Positions 8,696 to 17,917 of a stretch of 32,000 nucleotides of DNA are shown piece by piece; within the stretch, counting starts at the first letter, position 1; each line of letters opens with the position of its first letter. The notes beneath the pieces are model-generated. The model was not told the origin of the DNA. It searched no databases and saw only the letters and a list, made by a program, of their open reading frames with translations. Location of the stretch: NCBI RefSeq assembly GCF_001564455.1, contig NZ_CP011391.1, forward strand, positions 1,710,001-1,742,000, written 5' to 3'. The stretch is from Faecalibaculum rodentium. Lineage in GTDB: Bacteria; Bacillota_I; Bacilli_A; Erysipelotrichales; Erysipelotrichaceae. A program made the translations under genes and the position numbers.

Positions 8696-9976
8696 TCAGG
8701 ACCGCTTCTGTTCGTTCGTTTCCTTTTCCAGGTTTTCCCGGGCTATGCTCAGCATCAGCTTGATCCGGTTCTCCTGGTTCACCCGCGCCGCCCCGGGGTC
8801 ATAGTCGATCGCGACGATGTTCGCCTCGGGATACAGGCGCCGGACCTTGGAGATCATGGCCTTGCCCGCAATGTGGTTGGGCAGGCAGCCAAAGGGCTGG
8901 GCGCACACAATGTTGCTGTAGCCGCTCAAGGCCAGCTCCGCCATTTCCGCCGTCAAAAGCCATCCCTCTCCCATCTTGCATCCCGTGCCGATCAGCGGCG
9001 CCGCCAGTTCCTTCAGCCGGCGGTAGCGGGCAGGGACCGTGAACTCCGGGTACTGCCCGATGGCATCCATGACCAGTGATTCGTATTTCGTCAAATATGT
9101 GAGCATGACGCCGTTGAGCACCTGCGTGCTTTTCTTCCCGCCATACAGCCGGACATCCTCCAGGGGCATATCCGCCGCATACAGCAGAAACTGCATGATG
9201 CCCGGCATCATGACTTCACAGTCCTGCTTTCGCAGGAACTCCTCCAGGTGGTTGTTGGCCAGGGCCGAATACTTCACGTAGATCTCGCCCACGATCCCGG
9301 TCTTGACCTTCGGGACGCGGTGGACGGGAATTTCGTGGAAGGTGCGCGCGATCCGGGCATCGTTTTGCTTCATCGACCGCAGGTCATACCCGCTTCCCTG
9401 CGCGAACTGCTTCGACAGATACTTGATCCAGGCGCTCACCAGCGCATCCGTCTGCCCGGGCTCCACCTCATAGGGCCGGACCTGGTTGGCCAGGATCATG
9501 AGCAGGTCCCCATAGGCCATGCAGGCAAGCATCTTGCGCAGAAACGGGAGCGTGATCCGGAACCCCGGGGCATCATCCAGCCCCTGCAGGTTCAGGGAAA
9601 TCACCGGCACCTGTCCCATGCCCGCATCCCGCAGTGCCTTGCGCAGCAGCGACACATAATTGGAAGCCCGGCAGCCGCCGCCGGTCTGAGGCAGGATCAG
9701 GGCTGTATGGTCCGGATCGTATCCCCCGGATTCCAGGGCCGAAATCATCTGGCCGATGGTGAGCAGCGCCGGATAACAAGTGTCATTGTGCACATACTTC
9801 TGCCCCGTGCGGCTGACCTCCGGTCCCTCGTTGGTGAGCAGCGCCGCCCGGTATCCCGACTGACGGAGCACGTTTTCCAGGAGATGGAAGTGAATGTCCA
9901 CCATATCCGGAAACAGGATGGTGTGGGTCTGCCGCATCTCTTCGGTGAAGACCGGATGCGGGACACGTTCCGTCAT
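8696..9976 (-). CDS. BCR/HAD-family dehydratase-like subunit (DUF2229 / COG3580-type), plasmalogen-synthase-operon-like
   Basis: 426 aa with the Cys-containing blocks NDTCYPALL, GGGCRASNY, GTGCKMGEGW and QPFGCLPNH, typical of the 'CoA enzyme activase uncharacterised domain'. The ATG overlaps the upstream stop (ATGA at 9973-9976). Confidence 0.8.
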   Translation of the reverse strand: MTERVPHPVFTEEMRQTHTILFPDMVDIHFHLLENVLRQSGYRAALLTNEGPEVSRTGQKYVHNDTCYPALLTIGQMISALESGGYDPDHTALILPQTGGGCRASNYVSLLRKALRDAGMGQVPVISLNLQGLDDAPGFRITLPFLRKMLACMAYGDLLMILANQVRPYEVEPGQTDALVSAWIKYLSKQFAQGSGYDLRSMKQNDARIARTFHEIPVHRVPKVKTGIVGEIYVKYSALANNHLEEFLRKQDCEVMMPGIMQFLLYAADMPLEDVRLYGGKKSTQVLNGVMLTYLTKYESLVMDAIGQYPEFTVPARYRRLKELAAPLIGTGCKMGEGWLLTAEMAELALSGYSNIVCAQPFGCLPNHIAGKAMISKVRRLYPEANIVAIDYDPGAARVNQENRIKLMLSIARENLEKETNEQKRS

Positions 9977-12937
9977 GCGATTTCTCCCGGCCGGTCACTT
10001 TGATCCGCCATCTGACCGGTCCGGCTGTCTGTCTGCTTCTGTCTGCCCTTCGCCGCCGCAAACAGCGACCGCAGGCGGATCTTCACGGCTCCCAGATTGG
10101 TGATCTCGTCAATCTTCACCTGGGTGTACAGACATCCGGCACTTTCCAGGATCGCCCGGACTTCATCCCCGGTGATTGCGTCCACACCGCAGCCAAAGCT
10201 CACCATCTGCACAAGCTGGATCTTCGGGTCCTGCTGTGCAGCCACCCACTGGGCTGCCGAGTAGAGCCTGGCATGATAGGTCCACTGGTTCAGGACATCC
10301 GTCCGGGCCTGATCCGTGTGATGGAACACCGAATCTTCCGAGAGCACGAGCCGGCCTGTTGAGGCAATGTACTGGTCAATGCCGTGAATGACCTCCGGAT
10401 CCGCATGATAGGGGCGTCCGCAGAGCACCACGATTTCCTGCCCCGTCTGCCTGGCTTCCTGCAGCCAGACATCCGCCTGATTGCGTATGTCTTCCATGTA
10501 GCCATCCAGCGCTTCATAGGCTGCCGACACCGCCTTCTGCACTTCCCGCAGCCGGACTGTGTCGTCCACTTCTTCCTTCAGAAATTTCCAGAAATGCTTT
10601 GCAAAGTCCTTCCGCCGGTGAATCCCCAGATAAGGCATGAGCAGCTTTTCCTGCGGCAGGGTGCTCTGAATCGACTCCGGATAGTAGGCCACCACGGGAC
10701 AGTTGTAGTGGTTCACGCTTTTGTCTTCATCCACGTTGTAGGACAGACAGGGATAGAAAATGTCCTGCACACCGCGGTCCTTCAATGCCTGGATATGCCC
10801 ATGGGCCAGCTTCGCCGGATAGCAGACCGTGTCGCTCGGGATTTTTCCCTGCCCCTTGTGATACATGGACAGACTCGAAAATCCTGAAATCTCCACCCCG
10901 AAGTCCAGCGCCGTGAACAGCGTGTGCCAGAAAGGCAGGAGCTCGTACATGTTCAGGACCAGCGGAATGCCGATGGTCTTCCGGCGGCCTTTCCGGCTCG
11001 CAAAGCGCGCCAGCTGCTGCCGCTTGTATTCATACAGATTGTGGCCCGGTCTGGCCGATGCATGCCTGACCGGTTTTTCGCAGCGGTTGCCCGCCACACA
11101 CACCTTGCCGCCATCGAATACGTTCACCGTCAGCTGGCAGTGGTTGGTGCATCCCTGACACACCGTGGGCTTCACTGTATGCTGGAGGGCCAGCACCTGG
11201 TCACGGGTCCGCAGCGTGCTCGATGTCAGTCCCTGTTCCCGGGCATACAGCGCGGCGCCGACAGCCCCCATGAGACCGGCTGCAGCCGGCCGGGTGACGG
11301 GCATGCCCAGTTCCAGCTCGAAGGCCCGCAGAACCGCGTCGTTCAGGAACGTGCCTCCCTGCACAATGATGTGATCCCCGAGCTTCTGTCCCTGCTTCAG
11401 GCGGATGACTTTGTACAGGGCGTTTTTCACCACCGACACCGCCAGTCCCGCCGCGATGTCTTCCATCGCCGCGCCGTCTTTCTGTGCCTGTTTCACGGAG
11501 GAGTTCATGAACACCGTGCAGCGGCTGCCCAGGTCCACGGGTCTGGTTCCCTTCAGGGCATGGTCACAGAAAGTCTCCATATCATATCCCAGGGTCTGGG
11601 CGAAGGTCTGCAGGAAAGAGCCGCAGCCGGAGGAACAGGCTTCGTTCAGGAAGATCTGGTCAATGGCGCCGTTGCGGATCCGGAAACACTTGATGTCCTG
11701 CCCGCCGATGTCAATGATGAAGTCCACATCGGGATCATAGGCTTTCGCCGCTGTGTAGTGCGCCACGGTTTCCACCACTCCCAGATCCACCCCGAAGGCC
11801 GACCGGATGATGTCTTCCCCATATCCTGTGGCGGCACTGCCCAGAATCCGGCAGCCGGGATACCGGTCATAGAGCTCCAGCAGGAAGTCCCGGACATGAC
11901 TGACCGGCTGCCCGCCGGAAGGCAGGTAGCGGTAAAAGGCAATGGTGCCGTCTTCTCTCAGCGCCGCGCATTTGGTCGTGGTGCTTCCCGCATCGATGCC
12001 GATGAAAAACGACACGCACTCATCCGTGCAGGCAAGAGGTTCCGGCAGATCCTGACCATACCGGTCTTCAAAGGCGATCCGTTCCCGGCGGTCCCGGAAC
12101 AGCGGGCGCAGGGAGTCATAGGACTGCCATCCCGCCAGGTCCGGGATGCGGTCTGCCAGTTTCTCCAGGTCGAAGGCTTCGTCAGCCGCCAGCAGTGCCG
12201 CTCCGTAGGCCACATAATAAAGGGACAGCGGCGGGCAGGTTCCCTCCAGGTGCAGGTTCCGGTCAAAGGTGTCGCGCAGCATGGAGAAAAACGTCAGCGG
12301 TCCGCCCAGGTACACCACATTGCCCGCAATGGGGCGGCCATGGGCCAGACCGGCGATGGTCTGGGAGACCACGGCCTGGAAAATCGAGGCGGAAATATCC
12401 TCCTTCGTGGCTCCCTGGTTCAGCAGCGGCTGGATGTCGCTTTTCGCAAACACGCCACACCGGCTGGCGACAGGATAGAGCTTTTCGTGGTTCATGGCCA
12501 GGGCATTCATTTCATCCTGGCTGATCTGCAGCAGCGTCGCCATCTGGTCAATGAAGGCGCCGGTCCCGCCGGCGCAGGAGCCGTTCATGCAGAAATCCGT
12601 GCCGCCGGTCAGAAAGAGGATCTTGGCATCTTCTCCCCCCCAGTTCGATCACGACATCCGCATCCGGCCGGAGTGTCGTGACGCCGGTTCGTGTCGCAAA
12701 AACCTCCTGGGCAAAGGGGATCCCAAGCTGTTCACTCAGGCCGATCCCGGCAGAGCCCGAGATGCAGAGTCTGTGTTTTCCGGGAAATTTTTTCCCCAGT
12801 GCCAGGAGGACTTCCCGGGCTTTTTCGGCGATCCGGGAAAAGTGGCGTTCGTATTGGGTATGACAGACATGGCCGGTTTCATCCAGCACAACAGTCTTGA
12901 TGGTGGTGGAACCGATGTCCAGTCCGATTCGGTGCAT
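9973..12937 (-). pseudogene. Acyl-CoA dehydratase activase-related protein (two BcrAD/BadFG HgdC-like ATPase modules plus a dehydratase-like C-terminal region), interrupted by a +1 frameshift
   Basis: N-terminus MHRIGLDIGSTTIKTVVLDE (ATPase phosphate-1 motif). A second module begins FFIGIDAGSTTTKCAAL. The frame breaks at the C7 run 12635-12641 (G7 on the coding strand). Removing one G gives IELGGEDAKILFLTGGTDFCMNGSCAGGTGAFIDQM, continuous with the 871-aa ORF. Confidence 0.85.
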
Positions 12938-12966
12938 AGGCCGCCTTTCTAATCCAGATTCTTATG

Positions 12967-12988
12967 TTTTCATGAAGATTCATGAAAA
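12967..12988 (-). promoter_or_regulatory. 22-bp palindrome (candidate operator) in the leader of the BCR/HAD-family operon
   Basis: TTTTCATGAA-GA-TTCATGAAAA: perfect 10-bp arms. It lies between the predicted -10 element and the start codon at 12937. Confidence 0.4.
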
Positions 12989-13006
12989 GTCTGGAAAATC
13001 AGAGCT

Positions 13007-13035
13007 ATTTTAGCCGAATCAAAAACCGGTTTCAA
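13007..13035 (-). promoter_or_regulatory. Sigma-A-type promoter for the BCR/HAD-family operon
   Basis: Minus strand: TTGAAA (13035-13030), a 17-nt spacer, then TAAAAT (13012-13007). It sits about 70 nt upstream of the ATG. Confidence 0.5.
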
Positions 13036-13104
13036 GGAAACAGCCACCTGGGACCATGTCCCGGCGAGTCATCGGCAGTTTGGGCTTGCCGGTGTGGCAG
13101 GACG

Positions 13105-13123
13105 AAAAAAGGCCGGACCGGCC
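13105..13123 (-). terminator. Probable terminator after the bceB-like gene
   Basis: Minus strand: GGCCGGTCCGGCC followed by TTTTTT. A second hairpin (CCAGCCC...GGGCTGG, 13131-13153) lies just upstream. Confidence 0.5.
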
Positions 13124-13167
13124 AGAACGGCCAGCCCGGTGATACGGGGCTGGAAAGAAAAAGGAGT

Positions 13168-15123
13168 CTATTCCTCGGTTTCTTCACTCATGCCCTTCAC
13201 CAGCTGGTAGTAAGTCCGGCTGGTGAGGCCGTATACGATGACGTACAGAATGGCGAAGATGGCAAACACGATCAGGCACGTGATCATGAACAGCGTGATG
13301 TCCCCCATCCCCAGCAGGGCGAGCATTTTGGAGATCATCGGAAAGGCAAACGCCACATGGATCCCGGCCATGGCCAGTGGCAGGAAGAAGACAGCCAGGA
13401 CCTGGAAGTGGATGGTTTTCCGGATCTGCCGGTTGTCCAGCCCCACGCGGGTCATGATGTCAAAGCGCTTCTGGTCCTCGAATCCTTCGGATATCTGCTT
13501 GTAGTACATGATGAGCACGCTGGCCATCACAAACAGGATCGAGACAAAGATCCCCACAAACAGGAAACTGCCATACATGGACTGCAGGGACAGGGCGAAA
13601 TTCTGACGTGTGTCGCCGAAGGGCCTTGCGCCGGTGATCTGCTCGAAGGTATCCTTCAGAATCCCCGCATCTCTGTTGGGATCCGGGCTGTTGAAGGCAA
13701 AGATGTTTGTGACATTCCTCTGCTCTTCCGGCACCAGGGTCTGCAGCCAGGCAATGTCTGCTTCATCCGGCAGCACCACCAGCATGGGATTGCCCATCAT
13801 GTTGATCCCAAGACCCGATGGCGGGAATCCGTCCACAGTTCCGGCGACAGACCAGGTCCTGTCGCCAATGGTCAGCGAACTGCCCCAGCTGTCGGATCCG
13901 GGGTTGATCAGCACCTGCCCGGGTTCGAGTGTGTAGTCAGTGCCCTCCGCATTGTTGTACTGACCCACGGGAATGAACTCGAAGAGCCTCATATCGGGTT
14001 TTCCATACTCTCCCAGATTGCTTACGGTATCCCCGCTGACAGTGCCGGGGATGTCAAACAGCGTATACGCCATGACATCCGTTGCCTGCACGCCGCTTTG
14101 TGCCAGTGCCTGGTCAAAATCCTGCAGGTAGTTGCCATCCTGGGAGTAAATGGACAGAGTGGTTTCGCGGGGATAGGCGGTCTCCACAGACTGGTCCATG
14201 CCCATCATGAGACAGATCGTGGTGGACAGCGCCACCAGCACCATGGTTGACAGGATGCAGATGTTGGCCAGGCTCGCCGCGTTGGCCTTCATGCGGTACT
14301 TCATGCCGGAAACCGAAATGAAGTGACTGGTCTGGTAATAGAAGCGCCGGTTTTTCTGCAGCATGTTCAGCAGGGCGATGCTGCCGGCCGAAAACAGCAG
14401 ATAGGTGCCGACGATGACCAGGATCACTGCCAGGAAAAACAGGACGAAGGCATCCATGGGGTTCTGGACCCACAGCGCCAGTCCGTAGCCGGCACCCAGG
14501 CTGATGACACCGCCCAGGGCCAGCAGCCAGCGGTTTTTCGGTTCCCGTTCCCCCTCTGCCTGTGCATGGAGCAGTTCGATGGGGCTGGAGACATTGACCA
14601 TGAAAAAGCCGTAGACCACCAGCAGCACGTATATCGCCCCGGTGTAGATCACCGTCTGCATCACAGCCGCACCGGATATCCCGATCTCCAGTGGCAGGTC
14701 GATGTTCATCAGCCGCCCGATGAGCAGGTACATCCCCTTGTCCAGGATCATGCCCAGGCCAATGCCCGCCACGAGGCTTGCAGCCCAGCAGATGAGCAGC
14801 TCCACAAACAGGACCATGGCGATGTCCTTCTTCGCCAGGCCCAGGATATTGAAGAGGCCGAATTCCCGCTTGCGCTGTTTCATCAGGAAGCTGTTGGTGT
14901 AAAACAGGAAAATCACCGTGAAGAGCACAATGACCAGTTCCCCGAACCCGAGCATCATCTGCATCTGGGCCCCGCCGAAGGACTCGGACACCGCCGGGCT
15001 GTTTTCCAGACTGATGACAAGATACAGCATCAGGGTGCAGAGTGCGGAGGTCAGCATGAACGGGATCGTGGTCCGTTTGTTGCGGCGCAGGTTCGAAAGG
15101 GCGAGTTTTGCGGAGAGCCTCAT
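13168..15123 (-). CDS. BceB-type ABC transporter permease (FtsX family, 10 TM with a large extracellular loop)
   Basis: 651 aa. N-terminus MRLSAKLALSNLRRNKRTTIPF. A hydrophilic loop of about 210 aa lies between the hydrophobic blocks (DQSVETAYPRE...SLQSMYGS). The start overlaps the ATPase stop (ATGA). Confidence 0.85.
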   Translation of the reverse strand: MRLSAKLALSNLRRNKRTTIPFMLTSALCTLMLYLVISLENSPAVSESFGGAQMQMMLGFGELVIVLFTVIFLFYTNSFLMKQRKREFGLFNILGLAKKDIAMVLFVELLICWAASLVAGIGLGMILDKGMYLLIGRLMNIDLPLEIGISGAAVMQTVIYTGAIYVLLVVYGFFMVNVSSPIELLHAQAEGEREPKNRWLLALGGVISLGAGYGLALWVQNPMDAFVLFFLAVILVIVGTYLLFSAGSIALLNMLQKNRRFYYQTSHFISVSGMKYRMKANAASLANICILSTMVLVALSTTICLMMGMDQSVETAYPRETTLSIYSQDGNYLQDFDQALAQSGVQATDVMAYTLFDIPGTVSGDTVSNLGEYGKPDMRLFEFIPVGQYNNAEGTDYTLEPGQVLINPGSDSWGSSLTIGDRTWSVAGTVDGFPPSGLGINMMGNPMLVVLPDEADIAWLQTLVPEEQRNVTNIFAFNSPDPNRDAGILKDTFEQITGARPFGDTRQNFALSLQSMYGSFLFVGIFVSILFVMASVLIMYYKQISEGFEDQKRFDIMTRVGLDNRQIRKTIHFQVLAVFFLPLAMAGIHVAFAFPMISKMLALLGMGDITLFMITCLIVFAIFAILYVIVYGLTSRTYYQLVKGMSEETEE

Positions 15124-15884
15124 GCCCGTTCGCCTTTCCGGGACATCATGGTCAGCGTCCGGCTGATGTCTTCATAGAATTCGCTGCTGGAGCGGTCTCC
15201 CTTGTAGATCTGGTGGAAGACCCGGCCATCCTTGATGAACAGGACCCGGCCGGCGTAGCTGGCGGCTTTCATGGAATGCGTGACCATCAGAATGGTCTGG
15301 CCTTCCTGGTTGATGCGGGTGAAGAGGTTCAGGACGTCTTCGCTGCTGCGGGAATCCAGGGCGCCTGTCGGTTCGTCCGCCAGGAGGATCTCCGGGTTGG
15401 TGATCAGGGCCCGGGCGATGGACACCCGCTGTTTCTGTCCGCCGGAAACCTCATAGGGGTACTTCTTGAGGATGGAGGAAATGCCCAGGGTTTCCGCCAG
15501 CGGGGTGAGTTTTTTCATCATCACCGGATATTTTTCCTTGGCAAGCACCAGCGGGAGCAGGGCGTTGTCTTTGTTGGTGAAGGTATCCAGGAGGTTGAAG
15601 TCCTGGAAGACAAAGCCAAGGTGGCTGCGGCGGAAGGCCGCCAGTTCCTTGCCGCGGATCTTTGCAAGATCGCGGCCGTTGAGCAGCACCTTGCCGGCAG
15701 TTGGCCGGTCAAGGGCGGCGAGTATGTTCAGCAGGGTGGTTTTGCCGGATCCGGATTCACCCATGATGGCGACAAATTCCCCTTCCTGCACGTCGAAATT
15801 CACATTGTCCAGAGCCTGGACCTGGGTGCCGGAAAACCGGCTCGAATAGATCTTTTTCAGATCCCTCACTTCAAGTAATGCCAT
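15120..15884 (-). CDS. BceA-type ABC transporter ATP-binding protein
   Basis: Walker A GESGSGKTTLLN, signature VSGGQKQRVSIARAL, Walker B ILLADEPTGALD. MALLEVRDLKKIY-type N-terminus. Confidence 0.9.
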   Translation of the reverse strand: MALLEVRDLKKIYSSRFSGTQVQALDNVNFDVQEGEFVAIMGESGSGKTTLLNILAALDRPTAGKVLLNGRDLAKIRGKELAAFRRSHLGFVFQDFNLLDTFTNKDNALLPLVLAKEKYPVMMKKLTPLAETLGISSILKKYPYEVSGGQKQRVSIARALITNPEILLADEPTGALDSRSSEDVLNLFTRINQEGQTILMVTHSMKAASYAGRVLFIKDGRVFHQIYKGDRSSSEFYEDISRTLTMMSRKGERA

Positions 15885-15950
15885 AATTGCGTTCCATCTC
15901 CTTTTGACAGTGACATGATACCGGTCCGGGCTGCCGGGGTTCCATCGCCT

Positions 15951-15979
15951 TGTCTTACAGAACGGCGCTGTATCTTACA
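15951..15979 (-). promoter_or_regulatory. Candidate response-regulator box upstream of bceA-like gene (two TGTAAGA repeats)
   Basis: Minus strand: TGTAAGATACA-gcgccgttc-TGTAAGACA, with cores 20 nt apart. The proximal core is about 33 nt upstream of a TATCAT -10-like hexamer (15920-15915), and there is no good -35. Confidence 0.35.
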
Positions 15980-16003
15980 AAGAAGAAAGAATCACGACTG
16001 TGT

Positions 16004-16017
16004 GGGGCTGTAACAGT
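16004..16017. repeat. IS left terminal inverted repeat
   Basis: GGGGCTGTAACAGT, the reverse complement of 17866-17879. Confidence 0.8.
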
Positions 16018-16074
16018 AAGGCCGGTTTTACGGTCTGTAGGCTGATTACAGCCCATTTTTCTTGTTATAAACGG

Positions 16075-16122
16075 AAAAAAATGTCTGGAGATTCCATTGG
16101 TATTCTCCAGACATTTCTTTTT
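16075..16122. terminator. Strong bidirectional terminator inside the IS, downstream of the transposase gene
   Basis: aaaaaaATGTCTGGAGA-ttccattggtat-TCTCCAGACATttcttttt: an 11-bp stem with A- and T-rich flanks. Confidence 0.7.
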
Positions 16123-16178
16123 GGCCATTATAAAAACAACTTGGGGGATAACTTTCAAAAAAAGCCTGTTTTTCCTCG

Positions 16179-17798
16179 TCAGTTTAGCTTGCCTATAAGG
16201 TTATTTGCCCTCTGTTTAAGCCAGAACAGATGATATTTATAAAGATTCAGACCCAGACAGTTCAAAAGAAATTCCATCTTGACACCTTTCAATCCTCTTC
16301 GCCTGAATCTGGTCATTCCCCGGTCTTGCTTCAGAATCCCGAACGCTCCCTCCACCTGTATTGACCGCTGCCTGCAGAGTCCCTTTCCTTCTTCGCATCC
16401 CAGGTTTTCATCTACTTTTCCCTGCAGCTCTTCCATCACCACATTCTTTCCGACTCTCCTGTACTTGCCGAACCGGAAACACTGGGACCGTCTGGGACAT
16501 CCCTCACAATGGCCTTTTTCCGCATACATCTGACTGATATGAAGATTTCCACCACGGGTCCTTGATATATTGTCCCCTTCATACTGATCCAGGACCCTTC
16601 CTTCCGGACAGATCAGAAACCCTTCTTCTGTTTGCTTCCAGTTGAGCACATTGTAGATCCTCTTCTGGAATCTTCGGTCCTTCTTCTTCCCAAAGTTTCC
16701 GTATTTCTGTACCAGTTCTATCCCGTTTTTCAGGTTGTACAGGTAATTGTCAAGACTTCCATATCCCGCATCCGCTACGGGTCTGCAAGGATATTTCCCT
16801 GTATAGTCATGATAACGGTCCATGAAAGCCTGCCAGGTGAGGGTGTCTCCCGGATTCTGGAATATATCCGCATTCACGATCAATCCGTCACTGACTGCGA
16901 TCTGGCAGTTGTAGCACGGTCTGGTGACTCCGCTTTGGTTGTAATAATCCCATTTGGTGGCCATGAAGGTCGCATCAAGGTCGGTTTTTGAACATGAGTT
17001 GCGGTTTCCAAGCGTATAAAGCCATTCTTCATACTCCATCAGCTTCAAAGCCATTTTCAACAGTGAATCATAGTATCTCTGAATGGAAGACTTGCGATGG
17101 CCGATCCCATAACAGATTTGCGTGTCAGTCTGGACCATGACTTCCATCAGGTACTGGCAGACATAGAAAAGATCCCAGGACTGATATTCATCCCTGAGGG
17201 GATAGTCATAGCCAAAGAAGGAATTGATCTCGCTTAACAAAGCTGAAGTGCTCAGATACAGCTTCTTGCGACTGTTCACGATCCTCTTCTTATAGACGAA
17301 AGAATTCTTGTGGGCATTGGCTTCTATCTTTGTTCCATCGACGAATTGCACATGTGGGTCGATGCACATCAGATCGACGGCGATATGATGGCTGAGTTCA
17401 AAGAAAATATCATCGATGGCCCCTTCCTGAAGGATATCCAGGACCCTTTTGAAAGCCTGATGGCTGGGCATCTCATAGTTGGACAGGTAAAGAAACCGAC
17501 AGTCTGTACGGCACAGGGATTCCAGCTCCCTGAGGGAGATGTTCTTTCTGGATGTCATGTATGAGAAAAGGATGACCCGGAGCAGCATCACACGATCGTG
17601 AGAGCTGGAATTGTTCGATCTGACCGGAGCGAAGTATTTGGCAAGATTGATCCTTTCTATCGCTTCCAGGAAAGAGTAAACAGGGTCATCAGATTGGATT
17701 CGGACTGGTACATCCAGCGCGAGTGATTCTTGTACGCCGAACGGATAATGGATATAATTCGGTTGTATGTTTTTTAGCACAAACAAATCATACAACAA
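16179..17798 (-). CDS. IS1182-family DDE transposase
   Basis: C-terminal signature RSIQVEGAFGILKQDRGMTRFRRRGLKGVKMEFLLNCLGLNLYKY and a Cys knuckle (CEGCPRRSQC). The ORF opens with TTG and the exact start is uncertain. Confidence 0.85.
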   Translation of the reverse strand: MLYDLFVLKNIQPNYIHYPFGVQESLALDVPVRIQSDDPVYSFLEAIERINLAKYFAPVRSNNSSSHDRVMLLRVILFSYMTSRKNISLRELESLCRTDCRFLYLSNYEMPSHQAFKRVLDILQEGAIDDIFFELSHHIAVDLMCIDPHVQFVDGTKIEANAHKNSFVYKKRIVNSRKKLYLSTSALLSEINSFFGYDYPLRDEYQSWDLFYVCQYLMEVMVQTDTQICYGIGHRKSSIQRYYDSLLKMALKLMEYEEWLYTLGNRNSCSKTDLDATFMATKWDYYNQSGVTRPCYNCQIAVSDGLIVNADIFQNPGDTLTWQAFMDRYHDYTGKYPCRPVADAGYGSLDNYLYNLKNGIELVQKYGNFGKKKDRRFQKRIYNVLNWKQTEEGFLICPEGRVLDQYEGDNISRTRGGNLHISQMYAEKGHCEGCPRRSQCFRFGKYRRVGKNVVMEELQGKVDENLGCEEGKGLCRQRSIQVEGAFGILKQDRGMTRFRRRGLKGVKMEFLLNCLGLNLYKYHLFWLKQRANNLIGKLN

Positions 17799-17865
17799 AG
17801 GGCAGGTCAGCTGATAAGCTTTCCTGCCCTTTGCGTTTTTTATTTAGGATAGCTGTCCAGGTTTA

Positions 17866-17879
17866 ACTGTTACAGCCCC
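17866..17879. repeat. IS right terminal inverted repeat
   Basis: ACTGTTACAGCCCC. Confidence 0.8.
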
Positions 17880-17917
17880 GCTTCGTCGTGGTCCTGGTGA
17901 AAGCAGCCTTACCTGCA

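Larger units (their letters stand above)
16004..17879 (-). mobile_element. IS1182-family insertion sequence (1876 bp)
   Basis: Bounded by the 14-bp inverted repeats GGGGCTGTAACAGT. Contains one 539-aa DDE transposase ORF. Clearly AT-richer than the flanks. No target-site duplication is visible. Confidence 0.8.

Noticed and set aside
15990-16003. Target-site duplication flanking the IS, compared with 17880-17893.
   Set aside because: No direct repeat of 3 bp or more is shared at the two junctions, so none is claimed. The family is reported to give variable or no duplications.
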